Assembly: GCA_964531165.1 (NCBI GenBank)
Contig: CAZHEA010000003.1
Span: 13,048-77,047, forward strand
Origin: an uncultured Thiotrichaceae bacterium
GTDB taxonomy: Bacteria > Pseudomonadota > Gammaproteobacteria > SZUA-229
DNA length: 64,000 nt
Direction: 5' to 3'
Shown: one piece after another, positions 38,159-48,348 of the stretch
How the letters are laid out: each line of letters starts with the position of its first letter
How positions within the stretch are numbered: position 1 is the stretch's first letter
Made by a program: the position numbers and the translations under genes
Notes under the pieces: generated by a model
What the model saw: only the letters and a program-made list of their open reading frames with translations
Databases searched by the model: none
Told to the model about the DNA's origin: nothing

Positions 38159-39066
38159 TAGTGCATCATAGTAAAATTCGTTTATCTATATTAACAATTA
38201 AGATGTGTAGTGTGTCGTTATTGTTTCTATTACTTATAACGCTACCGGTGTTTTCACTAATGGCGGATAATCAGGAGACGGTCTCAATGAGTAGTCGACC
38301 TGTATTAGCCGATGAAAGGCTGCCGATTTCTGAGTCAAAAACTATTATTGATGATATAAAACTCAAACAACCTTTTATCAATATAGAGGATGAAGTTGTC
38401 TGGGATTTTGAAGGTACAGAAGATAGTGAAGACAGTGAGATAGACGAAGAAACAAACGATAGTGTTGGATTGAGCTGGTTAAGCGATGTAATAAACTTTA
38501 TGGCTATTGTCATTGAGTTGGTTTTATGGATGATACCTTTGCTGGCGCTATTTTATATATATAAATATAGAGAATACTGGCTGGGTATTTTTCACAAACA
38601 ACCTAAAAAAATCAAAAAGCAGTTATTGCCGGAAACCCTGTTCGGTCTTGATATGAAAGCAGATAGCTTACCGGATAATATTGAAACAACAGCTTTTGAA
38701 TTATGGTCCAGTCATCACTATAGAGAAGCCGTAAGTTTATTATACCGTGGATCACTTCTGAGTTTGTTTGAACGATATCGTTTTTCATTGCCCTCTGGTG
38801 CAACGGAGCAGGACTGTATTCGATACCTGCAGACATCCATAGATAGTACAGATCAATCAGCGGGTAAAGATGAAATGCTATTTAAAGTTACACGCTTTAA
38901 ACAGATAACGGATGTGTGGATAGCGATTGCTTATGCACATAAAATACCTGAAAAAAGTGCATTTAATGAAATATGTAGTGACTGGAACAATGTGTTTTTT
39001 AATAGCAGAAATATAAAGAAAAAAAGTGCTGATCATCATAGTCAGCAGGTAAATAATGATGAGTAA
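38155..39066 (+). CDS. membrane protein with acidic stretch and DUF4129-like C-terminal domain
   Basis: ATGA overlap with the upstream gene. N-terminal hydrophobic segment, EDSEDSEIDEETNDS, then a TM helix. The C-terminal W..HHYREAVSLLYRGSLLSL...GATEQDCIRYL resembles DUF4129. Confidence 0.6.
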   Translation: MIVHHSKIRLSILTIKMCSVSLLFLLLITLPVFSLMADNQETVSMSSRPVLADERLPISESKTIIDDIKLKQPFINIEDEVVWDFEGTEDSEDSEIDEETNDSVGLSWLSDVINFMAIVIELVLWMIPLLALFYIYKYREYWLGIFHKQPKKIKKQLLPETLFGLDMKADSLPDNIETTAFELWSSHHYREAVSLLYRGSLLSLFERYRFSLPSGATEQDCIRYLQTSIDSTDQSAGKDEMLFKVTRFKQITDVWIAIAYAHKIPEKSAFNEICSDWNNVFFNSRNIKKKSADHHSQQVNNDE

Positions 39067-40231
39067 CAGTCGTATATCATCAGATGTAGTGCTTTATACT
39101 TTACTGATTATAATTGTAATTATGTGCGGCTACTGGCTATCTATTAATCTTAGTTATCATACTGTTAAAAAAGATAAAGGCTATCAGGGTGAAGCTCTTA
39201 CTAACCGCTATCTGGCGGCAGAATACTTTCTTTTACGCATGGGGCAGGATGCTGAAAAAGTGACGTTATTTGATGCTAAAGCGCTTCAGCTTAAGCGTAA
39301 TGATACCTTATTTATTCCGAGTATACGTCTGGCTTTTGACAGCAGACGATCTGAACAGATACTTGACTGGGTTAGAGATGGCGGGCACTTAATTATTACC
39401 GGCCGAGTTGAGGCAGAAAATGATGCCAGTCAACGGGATTACATTCTTGAGTATGCAGGCCTGAGTGTTGAGCGGCAGGTATTGATCGAGGGATCTACTC
39501 AGGATGAGACACCTGTTAATGTATCAAGTGTTGATGATGTGCTTTTATTAGTCGACTTTGATGACTATCTGGTGATAACCAAAAGACCTGATTTTGATTT
39601 TGAAGTTACCTGGGTTATTAAAGATGAAGATAGAATTCATGGTTTGCAAATTTTACTTGGTGACGGACGTTTGACATTATTGTCTGATGTCAGGTTGTTT
39701 GATAATGATTATATTGATAAATATGATCATGCTGCATTTCTGTATTTATTAGCAACAACTCAAACAGAAAAACTGCATTCAGGGGTTTTTAAATATTCAT
39801 TATATGAAGATCAGTTAACATTGCTGCAGTGGCTATGGAAAAATGCACAGTTATTTGTAATGTCCTGTATTTTATTATTTACAGTCGTCTTATGGATGCT
39901 GATGCCTCGCTTTGGACCTTTGATAAAAAATAGTGACCCAGTTAGAAGGCGATTTCTGGATCATTTACATGCATCGGGAAACTATCATTGGCGACAGGGT
40001 AGCTATGCGTTTTTATTAACGGATGTAAAACAGTTGTTGAATCAGCAGGTACAAATGAAATATCCGCAATGGTCAAGTTTAAACCGTCAGGAGAAAATTT
40101 TACATTTTGCTGATATTAGTCAGATAGACTCAAAAGATATTGAAAAAGCACTTTTTGATACTGAAATTAACCATGTAAGTGGTTTTATAAGTACCATGAA
40201 AATCCTGGAAAAATTGAGGAAAAGTTTATGA
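39056..40231 (+). CDS. DUF4350-like membrane-anchored protein
   Basis: N-terminal TM, the DGGHLIITG motif region and a second TM (LFVMSCILLFTVVLWMLM). It overlaps the upstream gene by 11 nt. Confidence 0.6.
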   Translation: MMSNSRISSDVVLYTLLIIIVIMCGYWLSINLSYHTVKKDKGYQGEALTNRYLAAEYFLLRMGQDAEKVTLFDAKALQLKRNDTLFIPSIRLAFDSRRSEQILDWVRDGGHLIITGRVEAENDASQRDYILEYAGLSVERQVLIEGSTQDETPVNVSSVDDVLLLVDFDDYLVITKRPDFDFEVTWVIKDEDRIHGLQILLGDGRLTLLSDVRLFDNDYIDKYDHAAFLYLLATTQTEKLHSGVFKYSLYEDQLTLLQWLWKNAQLFVMSCILLFTVVLWMLMPRFGPLIKNSDPVRRRFLDHLHASGNYHWRQGSYAFLLTDVKQLLNQQVQMKYPQWSSLNRQEKILHFADISQIDSKDIEKALFDTEINHVSGFISTMKILEKLRKSL

Positions 40232-41196
40232 ACGAAGTTACTACGCAGGATGATGTTAAAAGTATCCAGCAGTTTATACAACACATCAACAGCGTGTTTA
40301 TCGGTCAGCAGGAAACCGTAGAGCAGGTTGTCATTGCGATGTTGGCTGCGGGCCATATTCTTATTGAAGGTGTACCGGGTTTAGGGAAAACCCTGCTGGT
40401 ACGCTTATTAGCAAAACTGATTAATGGTGAATATGCACGTATTCAGTTTACTCCTGATTTAATGCCCGGCGATATTACAGGTCATGTAATGTTTGATAAC
40501 CAGTCTAATAAGTTTCGAATACGCCGGGGGCCCGTTTTTGCAAATTTATTATTGGCGGATGAAATTAATCGCGCACCTGCAAAAACTCAGTCCGCACTAC
40601 TGGAAGTAATGCAGGAGCATCAAGTGACGTTAGAGGGGAAATCATTACCTGTTCCCGAACCCTATCTGGTGATGGCGACCCAAAATCCTCTTGAACATGA
40701 GGGAACATACCCTTTGCCGGAGGCGCAATTAGATCGATTTATTATTAAAATCAAAATTGATTATCCGGATGCAGATAATGAGCTGTTAATGATTAAATCT
40801 GTAACCAGTAATCAGGTGGGAGATCAGTTTTCTATCGATAATATTGCTCAAGCATTTTCAACGAATGATATCGTACGTATGCAAAAGTCTGTCACCGAGG
40901 TATCAATTGACGATAAAGTGTCAGCCTATGCTGTTGCTATCGTCAGGAAAACCCGTGACTGGTCTGGTATTTCAAATGGTGCTGGGCCTAGAGGTGGTAT
41001 TGCGATTATACGTTGTGCCCGGGCCCGTGCTTTTATGCGGGGTCGTGATTTTGTTACTCCGGAGGATATAAAGCAGGTTGCTCTGGCGGTGTTGAGGCAT
41101 CGTATTATTTTATCACCTGAAATTGAGCTTGAGGGCATGGATGAGGATCAAATTTTAAATGCATTACTTGAACAAGTGCCGGCGCCACGTGAGTAA
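40228..41196 (+). CDS. MoxR-family AAA+ ATPase
   Basis: Walker A GVPGLGKT and Walker B LLADEINRA, plus ATQNP and the C-terminal lid. ATGA overlap with the upstream gene. Confidence 0.9.
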   Translation: MNEVTTQDDVKSIQQFIQHINSVFIGQQETVEQVVIAMLAAGHILIEGVPGLGKTLLVRLLAKLINGEYARIQFTPDLMPGDITGHVMFDNQSNKFRIRRGPVFANLLLADEINRAPAKTQSALLEVMQEHQVTLEGKSLPVPEPYLVMATQNPLEHEGTYPLPEAQLDRFIIKIKIDYPDADNELLMIKSVTSNQVGDQFSIDNIAQAFSTNDIVRMQKSVTEVSIDDKVSAYAVAIVRKTRDWSGISNGAGPRGGIAIIRCARARAFMRGRDFVTPEDIKQVALAVLRHRIILSPEIELEGMDEDQILNALLEQVPAPRE

Positions 41197-41219
41197 TCAC
41201 GGGTTATTGATATATAAAA

Positions 41220-42536
41220 ATGATTAAATTTAAACCCGCTGAGCGAACGCTATACATAGTTACCGGATTAACTATTTTTGCTCTGTTATCGGCGATATGG
41301 ACGACACTGGATATTCTTTGGTTATTAATTTCAGGCTGTTTTATTTTCGTTGCTTTTATTGACTTATGGTTTGCATATAAAGCGCCGTTACCATTGGTTA
41401 AACGAACACTTGCCGGGTCATTATCCGTCGGCGTCGTTACAGATGTACTCCTTACTGTTAAAAATACCAGTCAACGTAAAATTATAATTGATATTTTTGA
41501 TCACTTTCAGAATAATTCAGATGTCACCGGCATGCCCAGGCGTTTATTGCTCGATGTAAACGAAGTTGCTGAATTAACTTATTATTTAAAGCCACTGATG
41601 CGAGGCGAGTTAACAATCAGGCAGTTGGAGTGTCAGTTGTTGTCGCCACTTGGTTTATGGCATTATCTACACTTGCTTCCACTGGAGAGTCATTCGCGGG
41701 TATATCCTAACTATGCGCCGGTTATTAAGTATGCTTTTCTGGCGACTGAAAATCATTTAAGCATGATGGGAATACTAAAACACCGGCGTCGTGGCCAGGG
41801 CATGGATTTTCATCAGTTAAGAGAGTTCAGAGAGGGTGACAGCATAAAGCAAATTGACTGGAAGGCGTCATCCAGAATGCGAAAAATGATTGCGCGAGAA
41901 TATCAGGATGAACGAGATCAGCAGATTATTGTGATGTTGGATTGTGGCCATAGAATGCTTGCACAGGATGGCGAACTTTCGCATTTTGATTACAGTTTAA
42001 ATGCACTTTTACTGCTGTCGTACGTTGCATTGAAGCAGGGAGATTCGATTGGTGTCTCAACGTTCAGTAATGAGTCCCCGCGCTGGATTAAACCGGTCAA
42101 AGGTGTAGTAAATTTAAAATTATTATTGAACGGTATTTATGATTTGCAGCCGGGCTCAGCGGCACCTGATTATTCCAGTGGTGCTAAGGATCTAATCTTA
42201 CGTCAACGTAAGCGATCACTGGTTCTGATACTGACCAACTTACGGGATGACGACTCTGATGATTTAATTTCAGCAGTACAAATACTTAAAAAGCATCATA
42301 AGGTGGTGGTTGCAAGTCTTCAGGAACGGGCTTTAGTAGACAGGCTTGAGCAACCGATTCAAAGTCTAGATGATGCACTATGTGTTGCAGCAACGCATTC
42401 ATACCAGCTTAAACGTAATTTACTGGTTCAGCAGTTACGTAATCATGGAATTAATACGCTGGATGTACTGCCTGAAAAGCTGGCGTTATCTTTGACCAAT
42501 ACATACCTTGATTTGAAGTCATGTGGTCAAATTTAA
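41220..42536 (+). CDS. DUF58 (VWA-like) protein, MoxR partner, with two N-terminal TM helices
   Basis: LREFREGDSIKQIDWKASSRMRKMIAREYQDERDQ and VMLDCGHRM motifs. Confidence 0.85.
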   Translation: MIKFKPAERTLYIVTGLTIFALLSAIWTTLDILWLLISGCFIFVAFIDLWFAYKAPLPLVKRTLAGSLSVGVVTDVLLTVKNTSQRKIIIDIFDHFQNNSDVTGMPRRLLLDVNEVAELTYYLKPLMRGELTIRQLECQLLSPLGLWHYLHLLPLESHSRVYPNYAPVIKYAFLATENHLSMMGILKHRRRGQGMDFHQLREFREGDSIKQIDWKASSRMRKMIAREYQDERDQQIIVMLDCGHRMLAQDGELSHFDYSLNALLLLSYVALKQGDSIGVSTFSNESPRWIKPVKGVVNLKLLLNGIYDLQPGSAAPDYSSGAKDLILRQRKRSLVLILTNLRDDDSDDLISAVQILKKHHKVVVASLQERALVDRLEQPIQSLDDALCVAATHSYQLKRNLLVQQLRNHGINTLDVLPEKLALSLTNTYLDLKSCGQI

Positions 42537-42603
42537 TTATTCTCCTTGGTTTTGTTTGATATTAGGTTTCTGTATTTACTGCTGCCTGATGTTTTTGTTC
42601 CTT

Positions 42604-42641
42604 CAGCGCCAAATATCCAGTTATATTAATGGATAGCGCTG
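42604..42641. repeat. compound bulged hairpin (cagcgc-caaa-tatcca-loop-tggata-gcgctg)
   Basis: Read directly from the sequence: 12 paired positions, a 4-nt bulge and a 10-nt loop. No T-tract follows. Confidence 0.5.
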
Positions 42642-42735
42642 TGTTCCAATATTATTAGACATATACCTTATTATGAATACTTCGTTATATCTGTAAAGGC
42701 AGGTGACCCGTGTCTATCGGCTTTTCAACATAACC

Positions 42736-42760
42736 GGATTCCCGCCTTCGCAGGATGACA
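42736..42760 (-). repeat. REP-like palindromic element (minus strand tgtcatcctgcgaaggcgggaatcc)
   Basis: ATTCCC-N8-type imperfect palindrome in a 302-nt spacer. It is related to the element at 7923-7952. Confidence 0.5.
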
Positions 42761-42838
42761 GCACTTTAAGCTGCTGCCGCTACACCGTGAAGTACAATAA
42801 TTACTGATCATTTATCTACTATGTTGTAAAATCAGCTT

Positions 42839-44674
42839 ATGAATAGTAAGAGTCACTCTGATCAGATCAGCTGGTCACATATCATATCGACAGCTAAATC
42901 CTATAAACGAAGCCTCTGGCAAGCTAACCTGATTGCAATTCTGGCGGCAGTTTTGAGTGCCCCGGTACCGATGTTAATGCCGTTATTGGTTGATGAAGTG
43001 TTGTTAAATAAACCGGGGTTTCTAGTTCAGTTTGTCAGCGCTATTTTCCCGGATGACTGGTTAGGCCCTGCATTTTATATTGTTGCTATCATGTTACTGA
43101 CGATAATGTTGCGGCTGTTATCAATGCTACTTGCTGTCTTTCAGACCTATCAATTCACCTTAATCGCAAAACAGATTACCTATAAAATACGCCACAAGTT
43201 GCTGACAAAGCTGCAGTATGTGTCGATGGCTGAGTATGAAACACTGGGCAGTGGAACAGTCGCTTCGCATCTGGTGACTGATGTTGAGGCAATTGATACG
43301 TTTCTTGGCAGTGCATTAAGCAAGTTTATTGTTGCCGTATTATCGATTATTGGTGTAGCGATTATACTATTGTGGATTCACTGGCAGCTGGCATTATTTA
43401 TATTAATAATGAATCCACTGGTTATTTATTTTACAACAGTGCTGGGCCGTCGAGTTAAACATTTAAAAGCGCGTGAAAATTCCGCATTCGAAATATTTCA
43501 GCAGTCTTTAAGTGAGACGCTGGCTGCGATTCATCAAATACGTTCGGCTAACCGTGAACGTCATTATTTACAGCGTGTGATTGATAAGGCACGAAATATT
43601 AAAACCCACTCAGCAACTTTTAGCTGGAAGAGTGATGCGGCAAATCGAGTGTCTTTCTTTGTGTTTTTAATGGGTTTTGAGGTGTTTCGAGCCGTTAGCA
43701 TGCTGATGGTTATTTTCTCTGACTTATCAATCGGACAGATGTTTGCTGTATATGCCTATCTCTGGTTTATGATGGCGCCGGTACAGGAAATATTAAGCAT
43801 TCAATACAGTTACTATTCTGCAAATGCAGCAATGGGACGATTAAATACATTGTTGAAGCTCGATACAGAACCACAGTATGAACATAACTGTAACCCGTTT
43901 AATAATCAGAGGACGATTGGTTTACGCGTAGAAAATATTAAATTCAGTTATGGTAAAAGCCGTAGTCTGCAAAATAGTGATGATTTTGATAATGTAGAAC
44001 CTGTTTTAAACGGTTTGTCGCTTTCGATAAAAGCCGGCGAAAAAGTTGCCATTGTAGGTGCCAGCGGTGGTGGTAAATCAACTTTAGTACAAATTCTATT
44101 GGGCATGTATACGCCTCAGCAGGGAGAGGTCTACTTTGGCGATGTCAATGTTAAAGATATAGGCCTGGATATTGTGCGTGAAAATGTAGCTACTGTATTA
44201 CAGCATCCCGCCTTATTTAATGACACTGTCCGTAATAATATCAGTCTCGGTAAAGATTATGATGATGGTGAATTGTGGAATGCCTTAGAGGTTGCACAGC
44301 TTAAATCTACTGTTGAAGATTTGCCGCAGCAGTTAAATACTATCGTTGGTCAGAACGGGGTTAGATTTTCCGGTGGTCAGCGTCAGCGGCTAGCGGTTGC
44401 ACGTCTGGTTTTATCACAGCCTAAAATTGTTATTTTAGATGAGGCAACTTCAGCCTTAGACACTAAAACTGAGTCTGATCTACATTCGGCTATGCGTGAT
44501 TTTTTACAGGACCGGACAACATTAATTATTGCGCACAGGTTAAGTGCAGTTAAGCAGGCCGACCGTGTTCTGGTGTTTGATGATGGACAGGTTATTGATG
44601 AAGGTGTGCATGAAGAAATGGTACAAAGAGACGGGGTATATAAGCAGCTCTATGGAAGCCATGTTGAGACGTAG
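42839..44674 (+). CDS. ABC exporter, fused permease/ATPase (MsbA-like paralogue, substrate unknown)
   Basis: Six-TM N-terminal half. Walker A GASGGGKST, signature FSGGQRQR and Walker B ILDEATSALD. Confidence 0.9.
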   Translation: MNSKSHSDQISWSHIISTAKSYKRSLWQANLIAILAAVLSAPVPMLMPLLVDEVLLNKPGFLVQFVSAIFPDDWLGPAFYIVAIMLLTIMLRLLSMLLAVFQTYQFTLIAKQITYKIRHKLLTKLQYVSMAEYETLGSGTVASHLVTDVEAIDTFLGSALSKFIVAVLSIIGVAIILLWIHWQLALFILIMNPLVIYFTTVLGRRVKHLKARENSAFEIFQQSLSETLAAIHQIRSANRERHYLQRVIDKARNIKTHSATFSWKSDAANRVSFFVFLMGFEVFRAVSMLMVIFSDLSIGQMFAVYAYLWFMMAPVQEILSIQYSYYSANAAMGRLNTLLKLDTEPQYEHNCNPFNNQRTIGLRVENIKFSYGKSRSLQNSDDFDNVEPVLNGLSLSIKAGEKVAIVGASGGGKSTLVQILLGMYTPQQGEVYFGDVNVKDIGLDIVRENVATVLQHPALFNDTVRNNISLGKDYDDGELWNALEVAQLKSTVEDLPQQLNTIVGQNGVRFSGGQRQRLAVARLVLSQPKIVILDEATSALDTKTESDLHSAMRDFLQDRTTLIIAHRLSAVKQADRVLVFDDGQVIDEGVHEEMVQRDGVYKQLYGSHVET

Positions 44675-44776
44675 GTGTAAGGATATTTTAATAATGTTAT
44701 TTTCGTGTATAGTTTTTAATTAAAAGCTATATTCAGATTATTCAGGATTCGGCTATATTTATAACGAGAAAAATTG

Positions 44777-45262
44777 ATGAATACGATTCGTATAGGCCAT
44801 GGTTATGATGTGCATGCTTTTGAAACGGGCGAGCATATTATTCTCGGTGGCGTTAGCATTGCTTACCATAGAAAATTTAAAGCGCATTCTGATGGTGATG
44901 TATTAATCCATGCTGTATGCGATGCTTTATTGGGTGCACTGGCCCTCGGTGATATTGGGCATCACTTCCCTGATACGGATGATGCGTTTAAAGGCATCAA
45001 TAGTCGGGAATTATTAAAAAAGGTCTATAAATTAATTAATGCTTCTGGTTATGTTTTGTTGAATCTAGATACGACTATTGTTGCTGAAGCACCTAAAATG
45101 GCTTCTCATATCATGCAAATGCGAGCTAATCTAGCCGATGATCTGAGTGTTGATATTAAGCAGATAAATGTAAAAGCCACAACCACTGAAAAATTGGGGT
45201 TTATCGGCAGACAGGAGGGTATAGCTGTACATTCAGTTTGCTTAGTTGATAAAACAGATTAA
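44777..45262 (+). CDS. ispF: 2-C-methyl-D-erythritol 2,4-cyclodiphosphate synthase
   Basis: [10 protein letters not shown] and [10 protein letters not shown] motifs. The ORF track begins one codon earlier at TTG 44774. Confidence 0.95.
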   Translation: MNTIRIGHGYDVHAFETGEHIILGGVSIAYHRKFKAHSDGDVLIHAVCDALLGALALGDIGHHFPDTDDAFKGINSRELLKKVYKLINASGYVLLNLDTTIVAEAPKMASHIMQMRANLADDLSVDIKQINVKATTTEKLGFIGRQEGIAVHSVCLVDKTD

Positions 45263-45375
45263 TTGTTGTGGATAATCAAATAATCACCATAAATAACCAG
45301 TCAACTTCACATAAAACCTTAATATCTTATATACTAAATTGTAATGATAAATGAATATGCACAATACATGTATAT

Positions 45376-45975
45376 ATGCTGATCTATATTCACGGGTTTA
45401 ACAGTTCACCAGAATCTTATAAAGCAAGTCTGCTTCAATCCTTCGCGCAAAAAATAAATATGCCCGATATGCTGGAAATACCGGCGTTGTCTTACGAGCC
45501 TGTTCAGGCAATGGACCAGTTATTACAACTTATTCGCGCTTATCAGGCACATAATGGCATGCGCCCACTGTGTTTTATCGGTAGCTCGCTGGGTGGTTAT
45601 TATGCAACCTGGCTAGCTGAAAAGTTTGAAAGCCGGGTCGTGCTAATTAATCCGGTGGTTAAGCCACTGGAGCTGTTTGAAGATTATATTGGTTTTAACA
45701 AAAACCTTTACAGTGGTGAAGAGTACCAGCTAACACTCGAGCATCTTGATCAGCTGATGAAGTATCAGGTAAATGAAATTACAAAACCGGACCGATATCT
45801 GCTGATGTTGCAAAGTGGAGATGATGTTCTGGATTACAACCTGGCGTTAGAAAAATATGCTGCGGTGCCTTCTATTGTTGAAGAAGGTGGTGGGCATGAG
45901 TTTACGGAGTTCGAGCGTCATCTTGAAACAGTATTAGCTTTTTGCGGTATTAACTGTTTAAAAGCTTATTCCTAG
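45376..45975 (+). CDS. yqiA: YqiA-like alpha/beta-hydrolase esterase (UPF0227)
   Basis: IYIHGFNSSP and GSSLGG nucleophile elbow in a 199-aa product. Confidence 0.75.
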   Translation: MLIYIHGFNSSPESYKASLLQSFAQKINMPDMLEIPALSYEPVQAMDQLLQLIRAYQAHNGMRPLCFIGSSLGGYYATWLAEKFESRVVLINPVVKPLELFEDYIGFNKNLYSGEEYQLTLEHLDQLMKYQVNEITKPDRYLLMLQSGDDVLDYNLALEKYAAVPSIVEEGGGHEFTEFERHLETVLAFCGINCLKAYS

Positions 45976-46117
45976 AACAGATTGCGAACTGGCCAGGAGC
46001 ATTCCCGGATTTTATAAATTTAGCATTTCTGTATAATACTCACATTATTACTGTCACCACTTATTGCTTATAAATGGCAATACTAAAAATCATTAGCTAT
46101 TAATGAAGGGAAATTAC

Positions 46118-47164
46118 ATGTCGCTTGGCCCTGTCATGCTCGATCTGCTGGGAACAACCATTACGCCTGAAGAGCGGGAAATGTTGCGACACCCGCAAAC
46201 CGGTGGTGTTATTCTGTTTACCCGCAACTTTGAATCGATAGAGCAGATTACAGAGCTGGTGTCTGAAATTCATAATTTACGCACGCCACATTTATTAGTT
46301 GCCGTTGATCATGAAGGTGGAAGGGTTCAGCGGTTTCGTGATGGGTTTACGCATATTCCTGCTGCAGCAATGTATGGCAAAGTCTATTTGAAAAATAAAT
46401 TACAAGCCAAACAGTTGGCTAATGAATGTGGCTGGTTAATGGCGGCTGAATGTCGAGCAGTCGGCATTGATATGAGTTTTGCGCCCGTACTTGATATTGG
46501 AATTGGTCTTAGTGGTGTCATCGGCGATCGTGCTTATCATTCCAGTCCACAGGTAATTTCTGAACTGGCCCATGAATTCATGTCGGGAATGCAACATGCT
46601 GGAATGGTGGCAACCGGTAAACATTTTCCGGGTCATGGTTCGGTAAAAGAAGATTCACATACGGCTCACCCCGTAGATCATCGTACATTGAGCGATATTA
46701 TGCTGGAAGATGTGATTCCATTCGAGCGTATGATTCACTATGGTCTGGCGGCTATTATGCCGGCTCATGTGGTATACCCCAAAATTGATGATAAACCAGC
46801 GGGTTACTCATCAGTATGGTTACAACAGATTTTACGTCAGAAACTAAATTTTCAGGGCGTGATTTTTAGTGATGATTTAAGTATGGAGGCAGCCGGCGTC
46901 GTCGGGAATTTTTCCGAACGCGCAGACATGGCGTTATCGGCAGGTTGCGATATGGTGCTGGTTTGTAATCACACTGAGGCAGCACAACAGGTATTACAGT
47001 CGTTGGAAACATATTCCAGCCCGGTTTCACAGATGCGTTTAGTTAGAATGCATGGCAGAGCCGCTTTAAATCGACAGGATTTAATGGCATCTGATAAATG
47101 GCAATCTGTGGTTAAAAAAATAGAAACATTAGAAGATGAGCCAAATTTAGAGTTGGATGTTTAA
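46118..47164 (+). CDS. nagZ: beta-N-acetylhexosaminidase NagZ
   Basis: VAVDHEGGRVQRF and KHFPGHG motifs. The ORF track starts 5 codons earlier at 46103. Confidence 0.9.
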   Translation: MSLGPVMLDLLGTTITPEEREMLRHPQTGGVILFTRNFESIEQITELVSEIHNLRTPHLLVAVDHEGGRVQRFRDGFTHIPAAAMYGKVYLKNKLQAKQLANECGWLMAAECRAVGIDMSFAPVLDIGIGLSGVIGDRAYHSSPQVISELAHEFMSGMQHAGMVATGKHFPGHGSVKEDSHTAHPVDHRTLSDIMLEDVIPFERMIHYGLAAIMPAHVVYPKIDDKPAGYSSVWLQQILRQKLNFQGVIFSDDLSMEAAGVVGNFSERADMALSAGCDMVLVCNHTEAAQQVLQSLETYSSPVSQMRLVRMHGRAALNRQDLMASDKWQSVVKKIETLEDEPNLELDV

Positions 47165-47244
47165 GTCTGATTGCTTAATTAAACTCTAACCACGTTTTGC
47201 AGCGTGGATTACTTATAACACATTGATAGTAGAAAATTTAAGTT

Positions 47245-48348
47245 ATGGAATATTTACAGGAACTACTTAACAAACTTCAAATTGATAAAGACTCAATCTG
47301 GATTACGCAGGTTTTTGTCATTGTATTTGTGACACTATTGATCAGCTTTTTTCAAAAACGTGCTTTTCACAAATTAAATATTAAGTTAACGAAAACCAGA
47401 AATCCATGGGATGATTTGTTAATTGGCTCAGCAGCGGGCCCGGTAGGTTATCTAATCTGGTTGCTTGGTGTTTTGTTTGCTGCGGAAATAGTACAGGCAC
47501 AGAATCAGGCTGCAATATTTAATGTGATTGATCCGCTTCGTGACGTTGGTGTAATTACGATTCTAATTTATTTTATTCTCCAGTTAATTAAAGGTACTGA
47601 GCAGATTCTGATAGCCAATCAGGCTAAGGACAAAGAACAGGACTTTGATAAACATACTGTGCATGCCATCGGCAAGCTGGTGAGAATTTCTGTTTTTATA
47701 ACCGGAGGATTAATTTTACTGCAAACCCTTGGTTATAGTATATCCGGCATCCTTGCATTTGGTGGTGTTGGTGGTATTGCTATTGGTTTTGCGGCAAAAG
47801 ATTTATTGGCGAACTTTTTTGGTGGTCTGATGATTTATCTGGACAGGCCGTTTAAAGTAGGGGACTGGATACGCTCGAGTGATCGGTCTATAGAAGGCAC
47901 TGTAGAAAATATTGGCTGGCGTTTAACCCGAATTCGTACGTTTGATAAACGACCGCTTTATGTACCCAACTCTATTTTTAATAATATCTCGGTTGAAAAC
48001 CCTTCGCGCATGACGAATCGTCGAATTAAGGAAACGCTAGGCATTCGTTATGATGATGCAGATAAAATGGCAACTATTATCGAACAGGTGAAAGCGATGT
48101 TAAAGAATCACCCGGATATTGACAATAATCAAACATTAATCGTTAATTTTAATAGTTTCGCTGCTTCATCGTTAGACTTTTTTATCTATACTTTTACTAA
48201 AACGACAGACTGGATACTGTTTCATGAAATCAAACAGGATGTTCTTTTAAAAATTGTTGAGATAATAGAGCACAATGGTGCTGAGTTTGCATTCCCAACA
48301 TCCACACTGCATTTGCAAACAATGCCGGAATCAGGAATGCATAATTAA
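47245..48348 (+). CDS. MscS-family mechanosensitive channel
   Basis: TM3-like GGIAIGFAAKDLLANFFGG followed by the PFKVGDWI beta-domain motif. Confidence 0.85.
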   Translation: MEYLQELLNKLQIDKDSIWITQVFVIVFVTLLISFFQKRAFHKLNIKLTKTRNPWDDLLIGSAAGPVGYLIWLLGVLFAAEIVQAQNQAAIFNVIDPLRDVGVITILIYFILQLIKGTEQILIANQAKDKEQDFDKHTVHAIGKLVRISVFITGGLILLQTLGYSISGILAFGGVGGIAIGFAAKDLLANFFGGLMIYLDRPFKVGDWIRSSDRSIEGTVENIGWRLTRIRTFDKRPLYVPNSIFNNISVENPSRMTNRRIKETLGIRYDDADKMATIIEQVKAMLKNHPDIDNNQTLIVNFNSFAASSLDFFIYTFTKTTDWILFHEIKQDVLLKIVEIIEHNGAEFAFPTSTLHLQTMPESGMHN

